In this document: piece by piece, positions 1 to 10,370 of the stretch
How the letters are laid out: each line of letters starts with the position of its first letter
Numbering within the stretch: position 1 is the first letter of the stretch
From: Candidatus Sulfomarinibacteraceae bacterium
Lineage (GTDB): Bacteria; Acidobacteriota; Thermoanaerobaculia; Thermoanaerobaculales; Sulfomarinibacteraceae
Assembly: GCA_963796455.1 (NCBI GenBank)
Contig: CAWCLO010000010.1
Span: 192,001-256,000, forward strand
DNA length: 64,000 nt
Reading direction: 5' to 3'
Notes under the pieces: model-generated
Seen by the model: only the letters and a program-made list of their open reading frames with translations
What the model was told of the DNA's origin: nothing
Databases searched by the model: none
Position numbers and translations under genes: made by a program

Positions 1-1547
1 CACTCTGAATTTGCCGGCCGTGTCCGAACACTGGACCGCAGATTTCGTCAGGGATCCGAACCACGAACTCGGTACCGGAAACGCTGACGACCTCGAGTTG
101 ATCCGCGCTGCCCTCCGGGAAGAAATACCTGCAGCGGATCTTCGAAACCCGATCCGTAGATGATGACCAGCTCGCCCACCCTGGGCCTCCGACGGCGTAT
201 TGCCCGAGATATAGAGGGCGTCGCCATAGGTAAAGCCACTCGCAGCGGTGGATTCCTTACCGGAGGTCATGTTGACGACCTTCACGTCGACGGTGACAGG
301 GGGTGTCTCTTCCTGTTGGCTGTAATCCGGCGCCACACAGGTTATCCGGTCATTGTTCGCCGGTGTCGTGTCGTTGAATACGTTCACATCGGTGGCTGTC
401 AGGTCACCGAAGAACACCTGCATCGGAACCTGGAACCCTTTACCGAAGATCGTCACCAAAGTGCCGCCGTCGAGCGGACCCGATGTCGGCGAGAGACTCG
501 TGATTTCCGGCTCCGGATTGTCGGCAAGAACCAGGAAGCCGTCCTCGAGTCTGGTCTGACCATCCAGGGTCGAAATATTGACGTCCTGGGGCAGAATCCT
601 GTTCGAGCGGGATCGTGCTGAACAGCGGAGTCTCGATTTGAATCTGCGAACCATCGGGAGCCACCGCCAACACCGGTGCCAGACGGACGACGCCACTTTC
701 GTCGGTAAAGCTGACGATGATGTCCGAGGCCACGGTGCCAAAGCCCTGACCGAGTACGTTGACGGTTTCACCACCTGAGGAGCTGCCCGAACTCGGCGAC
801 AGACCGAAGACGATGGGGCCGCCACCAGGCAGCAGAACGAATGCTTGCCCAAGGGTGTCCGACTCCTGCGATCCGGTGCCGGCGTTGGCGATGACGCGCA
901 CATCCGCCGCCTGCTGGATGGAGGAGTTCTCACCTGTGAATGCCGGCGTGATGACCGTCACCGATCCGTCCTCGCTTGGCGGATCACTTTCGACGACCGC
1001 AGCCACGATGGCCTGAAAGGACTGGCCGTTGAGATCAAAGAAGACATCGACCGGAGACAGAATACCCTTACCGGTTATGACCGCTTCTTCGCCGCCGCCG
1101 TAGGAGCCGCGCCGCGGAGAAATGCCATACAGCTGAAGCTCGTCGCTGGTGGCTCGATCCTCGTATTCGACGGTGATCTGGCGGGATGCGCCTTTTGACC
1201 TGCGCCTGGATGACGTAGGTGTCCGCTTCGGTGGCCACATAGGCGACCGATGCCTTGCCGTTTTCCGTCAAGACGGCAGCCTCGAACGTGCCACTGGCGA
1301 AGGCCCCACCCGAGGCGACAAATTTCACCGAGGTGTCATCTGGCGCCGGTGAACCATTTTGCGTCACCGTCGCCTCGATGAGGATCACGGTGTTGACGAA
1401 TGGTCCGGTGCTGCTCGCTGTGAGCGAGGTAATGCTCCACGCGTCCGGGACCACGGTCGGCACCTGAACCGGGCGGGGGCTGTCCCCGGAGCATCCGACG
1501 AGAGCGACCACCGTCAGGAGCGCGAGATACGGAATCAACCTTTTCAT
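1..1547 (-). pseudogene. Lipoprotein with an Ig-like domain and several IPT/TIG domains; runs off the window edge; interrupted by about 5 single-base insertions (likely sequencing errors)
   Basis: Lipobox LVGC in ORF 1068..1547. IPT-like repeats (ISPRRGSYGGGEEAVITGKG, LSPSSGSSSGGETVNVLGQGF, LSPTSGPLDGGTLVTIFGKGF, GELVIIYGSGF) continue across frame changes near 1195, 590, 180, 125 and 45. Confidence 0.7.
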
Positions 1548-1565
1548 GGTTTCAGACCCCCACTC

Positions 1566-2126
1566 TTACTGGCCATTGCAGAAGAAGTTGTACTGGATTG
1601 GGATTTTTTGAGTAGCTACCTGTTTTCCGGACACGGTGTTGCCAAATATCTGCAGCTCAAATGCCTGGCGAATATTTGTATTGCCCGTTTCGGGATCGAA
1701 CCCACCGTTTTCGGGATGCAGGTACGCGAGCGGCACTTCGGTCAGATACTCTTTCGGGTAGACCCGCCAGTTGTTGAGAGTGGCTGTGCCATCGGCCGGC
1801 ACGTAGACCCCCTGGTCGGTGATCCATTGCTCGGAGGCCGTCGTCCCGCCATCCGTGCGGTAAGGCGTCACGACCCAACGATTCAGCGTCACATCCTGAT
1901 TGGCTGAGAGTGATCCATCGGGGTCTTTCGACCTCGATTCGATCGTCATGTTGGAGACGGCGATATCCGTGAGCGACAGGCAGACATCGATGTCCGGATT
2001 GTATTCCGAGATATCGATCGTCAGGACAACCACCGACTCGGTGTTGTCCAACGCGCTGTTGCCGCCACACGATGCCACGATCGCCGTTAAGGCAAGCACG
2101 AAACTGGCTTTCAGGATGCGGTTCAT
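1566..2126 (-). CDS. Lipoprotein of unknown function directly downstream of pilQ
   Basis: MNRILKASFVLALTAIVASC lipobox; GGAGG RBS; Cys near both ends of the mature domain. Confidence 0.8.
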   Translation of the reverse strand: MNRILKASFVLALTAIVASCGGNSALDNTESVVVLTIDISEYNPDIDVCLSLTDIAVSNMTIESRSKDPDGSLSANQDVTLNRWVVTPYRTDGGTTASEQWITDQGVYVPADGTATLNNWRVYPKEYLTEVPLAYLHPENGGFDPETGNTNIRQAFELQIFGNTVSGKQVATQKIPIQYNFFCNGQ

Positions 2127-2138
2127 CTGACCCTCCAT

Positions 2139-4490
2139 CTAATACTTGACGATCCGGGGGGTAATGAAGATCAGCAACTCGTCGTGGCGCTTGAATACCC
2201 CCTTGTTTTTGAACAACCACCCGAATACGGGGATCTTGTGGAGCCCTGGAATCCGGTTTTCGTTGTTCTGGTCGTTGATCTGGTAGATACCGGCGATCAC
2301 GGTCGTGCCGCCGTCTCGAACCAATAGCTGGGTCTCCGCATCACGGGTAAAGATCGGCGCATTGTTGCCGCCCGTTACTCCGACACCAATGACCGGCTCT
2401 TGTTTCTTGATGTTGATATCGAGGTTGACCGTGCCTTCGGCGGTGATCTGCGGTGTGACCTCCAATTTGAGGGTCGCATCCACGTACTGAACCGTGACCG
2501 TGTTGTTGGCCACCGTCTGGACTGGAATCTGAAGACCCGAACGAATCGAGGCCGACATCAGGTTCTGTGTCGTGACACGCGGCGTGGACACGATTCTCAC
2601 CAAGCCGTCGGTCTCAGATGCCGACAACAGGAAGTCGAGGTTGAAGGTGTTCAGGATGTCGCCAAAGGTCATCGCGAGCACACCCGCATCTCCGCGTCGC
2701 AGATCGACCAGACCGTCTGCCGTGATCGAGTTCGGGAAGCGAAGACCGGTGTCGTTTCCGTGTTCGGCATCCATGACGCCGGAGAAACCCCAGGTCACAC
2801 CGAGCTCACGGGAGAAGTCGCGTGTTGTCTCGACGATCCGGCCCTCGATCACGACCTGAGGCGTCGGAAGATCCAGGGAGTCGATCAGTCGGAGAATGCC
2901 CTCGACCCGATCCACCACGTCACGAATGATGAGGGTGTTGGTGCGGGCGTCCACGGTGACCGATCCACGGGCCGAGAGGAGATAACTATCGCTCGAAAGC
3001 AGGGCTTTGATGTCATCCGCCTTCGAATACGATATGGGTTTCAGCACGGTCCGCAGCGGTTTTGCCTTCTCCTGCTCGAGTTCGAACGCGGCCTTTTGGG
3101 ATTTTTCCTGCGCCAGGCGCGAGATCGGCGCGACCCGCAGCACGTTGTTCTCGAGCACATAGTCGAGATTGTTGATCCTCAAGATGAGGTCGAGAGCCTG
3201 ATCCCAGGGAACATCCCGAAGCTCGACCGTGACGGATCCGGAAACACCAGGATCGAGCACGATGTTGAGGTCGGTCAGAACCGAGAAGGTCTTGAGAACG
3301 TCTTTGATGTCGGCGTCCTTGAGCGTCAGCGTGATCGGCTCGCCGGTGAATTGCTGTTCCTGCGTGGCGACTTCGGTCACCGCAAAGCCCTCAGCGGCGG
3401 TGGTCGGTGCATCGAGCACCGTCACGGCCTCGGCCTGTTCGATGAGCTGGGAGTCATTCGCCACCCACGGGCTGCGCTCGGGCTCCACATTGTCGGGAAC
3501 AGCGGCTTCTGCACGCACGTTTTCCGACGGGATATCGAAGAGATCCGAAACCACCTCGTTGGCCGGCTCGGGCTCAGGCTTCGCTTGCGGCTCGGAGCGG
3601 GTGATCTCGATGCTTCCCGCATCCGCAACCTGCACCGATTCGACGATCCCGGTGGCCGGCATCTCGCCGCCACCGATATAGATTTTTGCTCCGTTCGCGG
3701 TTTCAGCAACCGTGTAGGCCGTCTCCTCACGAAGATCGACCACGACCCGGGTGATCGGTTCGGGGCTGGCCTGGAATTGGGCCACCCGAACCTGGCTGAC
3801 CAACGGTGAGTTCACAGGCATCAATCGCCCGTCAACGCGGTTGATCACACCATTGAGATCGAGGACCAGGCGGCGTGGCTCGGGAAGCATGAATGCCTGA
3901 ACATCAAGACCGCGGTCGCTCTTGAGTTCAACCACGATGCCGTCACCGGTGCGAAGCGGGACGACCTCGTACAGACTGGCCAATCCCGTCAACGGCTGCG
4001 CGGGCCGCGTCTCGGTCTCCACCTTCGGTGGCACAATGACCTCTTCGCGGGTGACCGCGACCGGGGGAATTGTCGTCGCCCGATCGCCGAACACGGCGAA
4101 CTCGAGATCGAGGCCCCCATTTGCCGAGGTCAGCGTCAGTTGAGCAGGCTCCGTGAGCCAAACCGTGAGGCGGGAGACCTTTTTCCCAAACTCCTCCACA
4201 TGGCTCAGCTCCGCTCGGTCGATTCCGAGCTCGGGCCCGACAAAGAGCTCGGTGCCCTGGTCCCAATTTGCTTCGGGTAGCTCAACCACCCACACACCCG
4301 GCTGCGGTGAGTAGTGGACTGTCTCCAGCTCCCCTACCGCACTGAGGTGGAGCACAGGTCCCGCAGGCCCTGCCTCCGCACCCATTCCTTGTATCGTCGG
4401 AATGGCCTCCTCTGCGAGGAGCGGCCCACCGGCAGCCAGCAGTATGCAAGCTGCCGCCGCCACCAGGATGCGGACGTTTTTCATCAACAT
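2139..4490 (-). CDS. pilQ: Type IV pilus secretin PilQ with AMIN domain(s)
   Basis: AMIN motif (RRLVLDL...VRVAQFQ...TRVVVDL), FTGEPITLTLKDADI, VPWDQAL, DARTNTLII, C-terminal ELLIFITPRIV; follows pilMNOP. Confidence 0.96.
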   Translation of the reverse strand: MLMKNVRILVAAAACILLAAGGPLLAEEAIPTIQGMGAEAGPAGPVLHLSAVGELETVHYSPQPGVWVVELPEANWDQGTELFVGPELGIDRAELSHVEEFGKKVSRLTVWLTEPAQLTLTSANGGLDLEFAVFGDRATTIPPVAVTREEVIVPPKVETETRPAQPLTGLASLYEVVPLRTGDGIVVELKSDRGLDVQAFMLPEPRRLVLDLNGVINRVDGRLMPVNSPLVSQVRVAQFQASPEPITRVVVDLREETAYTVAETANGAKIYIGGGEMPATGIVESVQVADAGSIEITRSEPQAKPEPEPANEVVSDLFDIPSENVRAEAAVPDNVEPERSPWVANDSQLIEQAEAVTVLDAPTTAAEGFAVTEVATQEQQFTGEPITLTLKDADIKDVLKTFSVLTDLNIVLDPGVSGSVTVELRDVPWDQALDLILRINNLDYVLENNVLRVAPISRLAQEKSQKAAFELEQEKAKPLRTVLKPISYSKADDIKALLSSDSYLLSARGSVTVDARTNTLIIRDVVDRVEGILRLIDSLDLPTPQVVIEGRIVETTRDFSRELGVTWGFSGVMDAEHGNDTGLRFPNSITADGLVDLRRGDAGVLAMTFGDILNTFNLDFLLSASETDGLVRIVSTPRVTTQNLMSASIRSGLQIPVQTVANNTVTVQYVDATLKLEVTPQITAEGTVNLDINIKKQEPVIGVGVTGGNNAPIFTRDAETQLLVRDGGTTVIAGIYQINDQNNENRIPGLHKIPVFGWLFKNKGVFKRHDELLIFITPRIVKY

Positions 4491-4521
4491 GCCGGCCCCC
4501 ATTTTCCTCTCATATCAACGG

Positions 4522-5061
4522 CTAGTCCGTCAATTCTCTTACGATTTCGTCGTATTCTTTGATGCGCCCTGGATCACTCACTTGTTGCCTGAAAACCACT
4601 TTATTTTGGTGGATCTCTGCCACTTCTCCATTAAAGAGCTGGGTCCCAGGCCGAATGATGTACGACACGTTGTCGCGACCGAGCACGAAAGCGAGGATCC
4701 CACTCGGCGTTTCGATGATCCCCTCGACCTTGAGCTCTTCCACCAGCATCCCGGGGAGTCCGGGAGGACGGGCTTTTGCCGGTCCTTCTTCCTCGTTCTC
4801 CTCGAAACCTCGTAACAACGATCGGAACGGATCTCGTCGACCCGCGGGGTCGTAGGAGAAGATCCGGCCTTCCATGACTTCTTCTTCACCGCGCAGAATC
4901 TGCTCGATGCCCGAGACGTCGACGTCGTCACCAACCAGATCAAGCGCCGAGGTTTCCGCCGGCTGTTCGTCGGGAACAGGCTCCGCGTCCTGGGCCTCGA
5001 CCGCTCCGACTGAAAACATGACGAAGGTCAGTGCAAACGCAAGAAGGAGTTTCCGGTTCAT
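4522..5061 (-). CDS. pilP: Type IV pilus assembly protein PilP
   Basis: YDPAGRRDPFRSL motif; lies between pilO and pilQ. Confidence 0.85.
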   Translation of the reverse strand: MNRKLLLAFALTFVMFSVGAVEAQDAEPVPDEQPAETSALDLVGDDVDVSGIEQILRGEEEVMEGRIFSYDPAGRRDPFRSLLRGFEENEEEGPAKARPPGLPGMLVEELKVEGIIETPSGILAFVLGRDNVSYIIRPGTQLFNGEVAEIHQNKVVFRQQVSDPGRIKEYDEIVRELTD

Positions 5062-5645
5062 TCCTCGGCCTCCGGAGTCTCTTCCTTATATATAAAGGTC
5101 CTCTGAACAAAATCGGCGTGGATCGTGTGGCGGGAGCTGTCCGCTCCGCGTCCCCGAACCGGTGTGATGGTGAGATCGTTGACGTTGATGATCCGCGAGA
5201 AATTGCTCAACCGGTCGAAGAACTTCCCGAGCTCGTGATAGGTCCCATCAAGTCCGACCCGGATCGGCCACTCCTGATAGAAGCCACGGTCTTCGAAGAC
5301 CCCCGGTGTGAATTGGGTGAGCCTGAATCCTCCACTCTCAGTCAACTGTTTGGCGCGCTTGATCAGATTGTCCGTCTCGCGCTTCGTGGGAAGAATGCGG
5401 CGCAGCCGTTCGAGCTCCACCTCGTAGTTGCGGATGTCTTCTTCGAGCCGCGGCAGATCCGCCTTGGCCGCTCGTCCCTTTTCAATCTCACGCTGGAGAT
5501 CGTTGATTTTTTCGTCCAAGCGTTCGATGTCGACACGGATGTCCTTGAAGACATACATGTGCATCACCGCGAACAGCGCACCACCCAGCAGAAGACCGAC
5601 GATCACGGCCACGTACCAGGGCTTGGCGTTGAGATCAATAGCCAT
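5058..5645 (-). CDS. pilO: Type IV pilus assembly protein PilO
   Basis: N-terminal TM, coiled coil, ILP...FYQEWPI...GTYHELGKFFDRLSNFSRIINV. Confidence 0.93.
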   Translation of the reverse strand: MAIDLNAKPWYVAVIVGLLLGGALFAVMHMYVFKDIRVDIERLDEKINDLQREIEKGRAAKADLPRLEEDIRNYEVELERLRRILPTKRETDNLIKRAKQLTESGGFRLTQFTPGVFEDRGFYQEWPIRVGLDGTYHELGKFFDRLSNFSRIINVNDLTITPVRGRGADSSRHTIHADFVQRTFIYKEETPEAEE

Positions 5646-5663
5646 AGCTGCCGCCCTCCCCCG

Positions 5664-6278
5664 TCATTGCCCAGGACCAGCGGCCGGGCCGCCATCTTCA
5701 GTGCCTGCGATCTCGGGCGGTTCAACGATGAATGTGCAATCGAGGCTGAAGGTGAAGGTGTCACCCTGGGATCGAGCCATGTTCTTCAGCCTCGGTTCAT
5801 CGAAGAACGGAGAGGCGTCGATGTTTGAAATAAAGTTGGCGACCGCATTTTCGTCCATCGCGGTACCTGCGATCTGGACCGATTCAACCTTGAGGGTGAG
5901 CCTCGAAAGCCAGACCAGTTCGGGCAACGCCCGCGAAACCTCATCCATGATTCGGACGGGTCCGCGCTGGTTCTTTTTGAGTTCGTTGATCACACCGATT
6001 TTGTGGCGGAGCGCTTCGCGGCGGGCCTCGAGTTGTTCGACCTTCTTGATATAGACCAGCAACTCATCGCGCTCACGCCGTTTCTGACGTTCCACCTCCT
6101 GCATATTCGAGCGTTTGCTCGTCAGCAGGTACCACTGAGTGCCGACCACGATGGCGGCAATCGCGAGAACGATCAGGAGAATGATATCGCCTTGCTTGGC
6201 CCCCAGCGAAAACGAAGGCCGTTCCGCCTGCGATGCCGCTGCTGCCGGGGTCTCAGCAATCAGGTTGATCTTTATCAT
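5664..6278 (-). CDS. pilN: Type IV pilus assembly protein PilN
   Basis: MIKINL start motif, TM, coiled coil, LPELVWL, VANFISNI. Confidence 0.93.
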   Translation of the reverse strand: MIKINLIAETPAAAASQAERPSFSLGAKQGDIILLIVLAIAAIVVGTQWYLLTSKRSNMQEVERQKRRERDELLVYIKKVEQLEARREALRHKIGVINELKKNQRGPVRIMDEVSRALPELVWLSRLTLKVESVQIAGTAMDENAVANFISNIDASPFFDEPRLKNMARSQGDTFTFSLDCTFIVEPPEIAGTEDGGPAAGPGQ

Positions 6279-6282
6279 GGCG

Positions 6283-7332
6283 TCACTCTCCGACCCTACG
6301 CACCGCAAGACCCACCGCGACCGACATCGCCGATGCGTGTCGGTTGATCCATTCCGGATCGAAGTCGGACTCACTGTAACGAATGTTCCGGAAGGGGTTC
6401 ATGACTTCGACTGCCACCTGAAAGCGCTCGCGAATGACCTCATCGAGATTGAGGATTCCGGCGCTTCCACCAGCAAGTACGACCCGATCGATATGGTCCA
6501 CCGAAGAGGTGGCGACAAAGAAGTCGACGGTCTTCTGCAGTTCAGCCGTCAGATCCTCGGAGACACTGTTGAGCACACTCAATACCTGCTGCAGAGTGTT
6601 TTCGCCGACCCGCTCGCCGAGTTTCAGCCGTTCGGCATCATCGCGCGACAGGCTGAGTTCTCTTTGAATAGCCTCGGTGTACTGATTTCCGCCAAAGGCC
6701 ACATCGCGCCAGAAGATCGATGTCCCGTGATAGAGAACGTTGATGTTCATCACCGAGGCGCCGACGTTGACCAGCGCAATGGTCTCGGGGTCGACATCGT
6801 AATTGGTCTCGAAAGCATTCTGTACGGCAAAGACATCGACATCCACCAGAACCGGGTCTTTGCCGGCCTGGACAATCACCGACGTATAGTCCGCGATGCG
6901 GTCCTTTTTCACCGCCACCAACAACACGTCCATGGTGTCGCCGGCATCCGAGTCCAAAACGACGTAATCCAGGTTGACGTCGTTGATGTCGAATGGAATG
7001 TACTGCTCGGCTTCCCATTGAATCGATTCGGCGAGCTCAGCGTCCGTCATCGACGGCAACTGAATCTTTTTGATGATCACCGAATGGCCCGACAAAGAGC
7101 CGCCGAAACTTGAATTCTTGATGTTATTTTCGGCGATCAAACGGGACAATGCCTCGACCACAAGTGACGAGTCCATTATCGCGCCGTCGACAATCGCCTC
7201 CGGAGAGAGGTCCGCGATTGCCGCGTGGAGAAGTTGAAATTCGCCGCTTTTCAACGGCTTCAACTCGACCATCTTGATCGCAGACGATCCGATATCACAA
7301 CCAACGACTTGTTTTTTAGGCTTACCAAACAC
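6283..7332 (-). CDS. pilM: Type IV pilus assembly protein PilM
   Basis: VGCDIGSSAIKMVEL, WEAEQYIPF, LAGGSA, VAVGLAVR (FtsA/actin-like fold). Confidence 0.96.
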   Translation of the reverse strand: MFGKPKKQVVGCDIGSSAIKMVELKPLKSGEFQLLHAAIADLSPEAIVDGAIMDSSLVVEALSRLIAENNIKNSSFGGSLSGHSVIIKKIQLPSMTDAELAESIQWEAEQYIPFDINDVNLDYVVLDSDAGDTMDVLLVAVKKDRIADYTSVIVQAGKDPVLVDVDVFAVQNAFETNYDVDPETIALVNVGASVMNINVLYHGTSIFWRDVAFGGNQYTEAIQRELSLSRDDAERLKLGERVGENTLQQVLSVLNSVSEDLTAELQKTVDFFVATSSVDHIDRVVLAGGSAGILNLDEVIRERFQVAVEVMNPFRNIRYSESDFDPEWINRHASAMSVAVGLAVRRVGE

Positions 7333-7391
7333 GGCTTACACCTTGACCACAGAAGTTTCGCTGGACAGGATCATAAACCCCTCTACTTTCG

Positions 7392-7420
7392 AGGCTACCA
7401 AAGGCTTCCTCATAGGTCAA
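7392..7420 (-). promoter_or_regulatory. Putative sigma70 promoter of pilMNOPQ
   Basis: Minus strand TTGACC-17 nt-TAGCCT with TG extension, about 60 nt upstream of pilM. Confidence 0.5.
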
Positions 7421-7765
7421 GAACATGGATCACAAATAAAAGCGCAAAAGTAACCGACATAACCTGCGCGACTCCGGTGAAAAATTGATGACTTCTCATT
7501 GAAACTCCGCGACGAAAAAATTTCTTGCTCCGTCGCACTTACAATTTCGTCCTACAATTCTCTCACAAAGAGAAAAATAATTCGCGAAGGACCGCACAGC
7601 TTTCGAAAAAGAAATCTTCCCTTTCAATGTAATGCTTGATTGACGGCGTATTGATTGGGATACGAAAAAAACAGGCACAACATGATGGCCCTCGCTTGCA
7701 AAACGAGGCTTCCTGTGGTATTTAATTCCACCCTTGTAAAGGGGATCCCGAGGAGGAACACGACG

Positions 7766-7963
7766 ATGGCGCAGCGATGTGAAATCTGCGGCAAGGGCCC
7801 GATGACCGGTAGCAATATCTCCCACGCTCACAACGTGAGCAAAAGACGTTGGCTGCCGAATCTGCAGCGCGTCCGCGCAATGGTGGACGGACGTCCGAAG
7901 TATGTTCGGGTCTGCACCAGGTGCATCCGTTCCGGCAAGGTCACCAAGGCACCCCGCATTTAG
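7766..7963 (+). CDS. rpmB: 50S ribosomal protein L28 (Zn-ribbon form)
   Basis: MAQRCEICGKGP...SHAHNVSKRRWLPNLQRV...CTRCIRSGKV; AGGAGG RBS. Confidence 0.97.
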   Translation: MAQRCEICGKGPMTGSNISHAHNVSKRRWLPNLQRVRAMVDGRPKYVRVCTRCIRSGKVTKAPRI

Positions 7964-7977
7964 CGACGACAACCCAA

Positions 7978-10173
7978 TCATTGGCCGGCTCCAACTCTGC
8001 CGCGCCGTTCAACCCGCATCATCCCCTTGAGCCCTTCGAGCCGGGAGAGGATGCGGGCGAGTTGTGCGGCATCGTGAACAAGAATCGTCATCGCGGCCAT
8101 GCCGGTGTCGTTCTGCTCCGTGCGCAGTCGGCAACTGAGAATATCGGAGCCTTCGGTGGAGATCGCGTGAGAAATCGACGCCAGCATCCCTGAGCTATCG
8201 GTGAACGACATGTCCACATCGACCTGCGATTTGGGTGATTTGGTCGCCGCCGCGCTCGCTCCCCACTGCACATCGATCTCCCTCTCCGGGTGATACAGGA
8301 GATTCCGAACATTTGGACAGGTTCGGGAATGGACCGCAACACCCTTCCCGCGGGTCACAAAACCGACGATCTCCTCGCCGGGCAATGGCTTGCAGCATTT
8401 GGCGATATAGACCAGGAAATCGGCGTCACCGGTGACCTCGAGGGCTTGTCCGTTCTTCGCCGCCGTGGCCGTTGTCGTCGGTGCGGCCGGCGACGGCGCG
8501 GCTTCGGCTTCGTTCTCTTCGCGAAAGGCGTTGGAGATGGAACTGACCGGAAGTTTTCCGAAACCGACGGCTGCCAGAAGATCCTCTTCTCGGCCAAGAC
8601 CGCTGGCAGAAGCAACATCTTTGATTTCCTGACTGCCGCTGACTTTGCGCAGTGAGGTCCCGATTTTGCGCAGCTCCCGGTCGACCAACTTGCGGCCGAC
8701 CTCGATGGCGCGCTCCTTCTCTTCCTTTTTGAGCCACGCACGAATTCTCGACCGGGCGCGGTTGGTGGCGACAAGAGCCAACCAGTCGTGATGCGGGCGC
8801 TGCCGGTTGGAGGTTGTGATCTCGACGATGTCGCCATTTTTGATATTCGTCTTCAGCGGCACCCAGCGGCCGTTGAGGCGGCCCCCGACACAGGTGTGGC
8901 CGACCTGGGAGTGGACCCGATAGGCGAAATCGAGAATCGTCGCGCCGCGGGGAAAGGAAAAAACATCGCCACGGGGCGTGAAACAGTAGACCTCGTCAGG
9001 ATAGAGATCGACCTTGAGGGAGTCGAGGAACTCGCGCGGCGATGAGCCCTCGGAGTTGTCGAGTAAGGCGCGTAGCCACGCGACCCGCGAATCCTCAGCC
9101 GGTGCGTGGGACCCCTTCTCCTTGTAACTCCAGTGTGCGGCGATGCCGTACTCGGCGATCTTGTGCATATCGTCGGTGCGGATCTGAATCTCGAAAGGAT
9201 GCCCCTCGGGACCGATGACCGTGGTGTGCAGCGATTGGTAGGCATTCGGTTTCGGGATCGCAATATGGTCCTTGAGTCGGCCGGGGACCGGCGACCACTG
9301 CTGGTGGATCAATCCCAGGGTCGCATAACAGTCGGCGACCGAAGCGACGACAATTCGAAATGCCAGGTAATCGAAGACGTTGGCGACATCCACACCCTGC
9401 CTCTTGAGCTTTTCGAAGATCGAATAGAGGTGCTTGATGCGGCCCTGAATCGACCCTTCGATGCCGTTCTCCTCGAGAAGCCCCTCGAGCACACCCTGGA
9501 TCTCGGCAAACCACCGTGCCGCGGCGTCCTTTCGCTCTTCGATCTCGGATGAGAGCTTCTCCGCTTCCTTAGGATGCAGATAGCGGAAGCAGAGGTCTTC
9601 CATTTCGGTCTTGATGCTGCCGATTCCGAGCCGGTTGGCGATGGGCGCAAAGATCTCGAGGGTCTCGCGGGCGATCGCGATCTGGCGTTCGCGGCGGAGG
9701 TGTTCGAGGGTGCGCATATTGTGAAGCCGGTCCGCGAGTTTCACGAGGATGACCCGCACATCGTCCATCGAGGCGAGAAGCAGGCGTCTGAAGTTCTCCG
9801 CTTCGGTCGCCTCGCGACTCGAGTAACTCGACTCGAAATCGGCCATCTTGGTCAATGCGACCACCAGACGCGCGACCTCGGGCCCGAACTCGAGCTCGAG
9901 TTCCTCGGCGGTGGTCTCGGTGTCCTCGAGCAGATCGTGGAGCAACCCGGCCGCCACCGTCTCCTCGTCGAGCTCCATTTCGGCCAGGATCCACGCCACC
10001 GTCAGGGGATGCGTGAAATATGGCTCTCCGGAGCGCCGTATCTGGCCCTGGTGGCGATTCGCGGCGAAGACATAGGCATGGCGCAGCAGATCCTCGTCGA
10101 GGTCAGGGCGGTACCGTTCCATCCGGTTAAGGATGTTCTCGATCCGGATCTTGGAGCTCCGCGGCATCATCAC
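7978..10173 (-). CDS. relA: Bifunctional (p)ppGpp synthetase/hydrolase (long RSH)
   Basis: HD domain (GEPYFTHP, LLHDLLED, KLADRLHNMRT), synthetase (YQSLHT, EIQIRT), TGS, KCC zinc finger, ACT. Confidence 0.95.
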   Translation of the reverse strand: MMMPRSSKIRIENILNRMERYRPDLDEDLLRHAYVFAANRHQGQIRRSGEPYFTHPLTVAWILAEMELDEETVAAGLLHDLLEDTETTAEELELEFGPEVARLVVALTKMADFESSYSSREATEAENFRRLLLASMDDVRVILVKLADRLHNMRTLEHLRRERQIAIARETLEIFAPIANRLGIGSIKTEMEDLCFRYLHPKEAEKLSSEIEERKDAAARWFAEIQGVLEGLLEENGIEGSIQGRIKHLYSIFEKLKRQGVDVANVFDYLAFRIVVASVADCYATLGLIHQQWSPVPGRLKDHIAIPKPNAYQSLHTTVIGPEGHPFEIQIRTDDMHKIAEYGIAAHWSYKEKGSHAPAEDSRVAWLRALLDNSEGSSPREFLDSLKVDLYPDEVYCFTPRGDVFSFPRGATILDFAYRVHSQVGHTCVGGRLNGRWVPLKTNIKNGDIVEITTSNRQRPHHDWLALVATNRARSRIRAWLKKEEKERAIEVGRKLVDRELRKIGTSLRKVSGSQEIKDVASASGLGREEDLLAAVGFGKLPVSSISNAFREENEAEAAPSPAAPTTTATAAKNGQALEVTGDADFLVYIAKCCKPLPGEEIVGFVTRGKGVAVHSRTCPNVRNLLYHPEREIDVQWGASAAATKSPKSQVDVDMSFTDSSGMLASISHAISTEGSDILSCRLRTEQNDTGMAAMTILVHDAAQLARILSRLEGLKGMMRVERRGRVGAGQ

Positions 10174-10370
10174 CAGACGCCTCTCTCACCGCTGCAGGCG
10201 GGGATGGAGTCAGCTCCGTTGACGAGCCGCATCGAGGGAGGCAAAAATGCCATCCATCTATTCTATCTGCCGGGTCAAGGAATCTCCGAATTTTGGCTCG
10301 GAGGGCCCTCTCACACCGGTTGGATTGTGATGATTGTTACAACGCGCAGCCAACACCGGTCAGCATTCCT

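Noticed and set aside
40..1200. Programmed frameshifting or phase variation in the IPT protein
   Set aside because: About five separate +1 insertions in short homopolymers near the window edge fit low-coverage sequencing error better.
2400..3809. Long antisense ORFs, such as 469 aa opposite pilQ and 428 aa at 55084..56370
   Set aside because: Shadow ORFs typical of high-GC coding DNA; they overlap well-supported genes and show no motifs.
7685..7700. Sigma54 promoters before rpmB and before pilW (about 53623..53641)
   Set aside because: GG-to-GC spacing is 9 and 12 nt; sigma54 requires 10.
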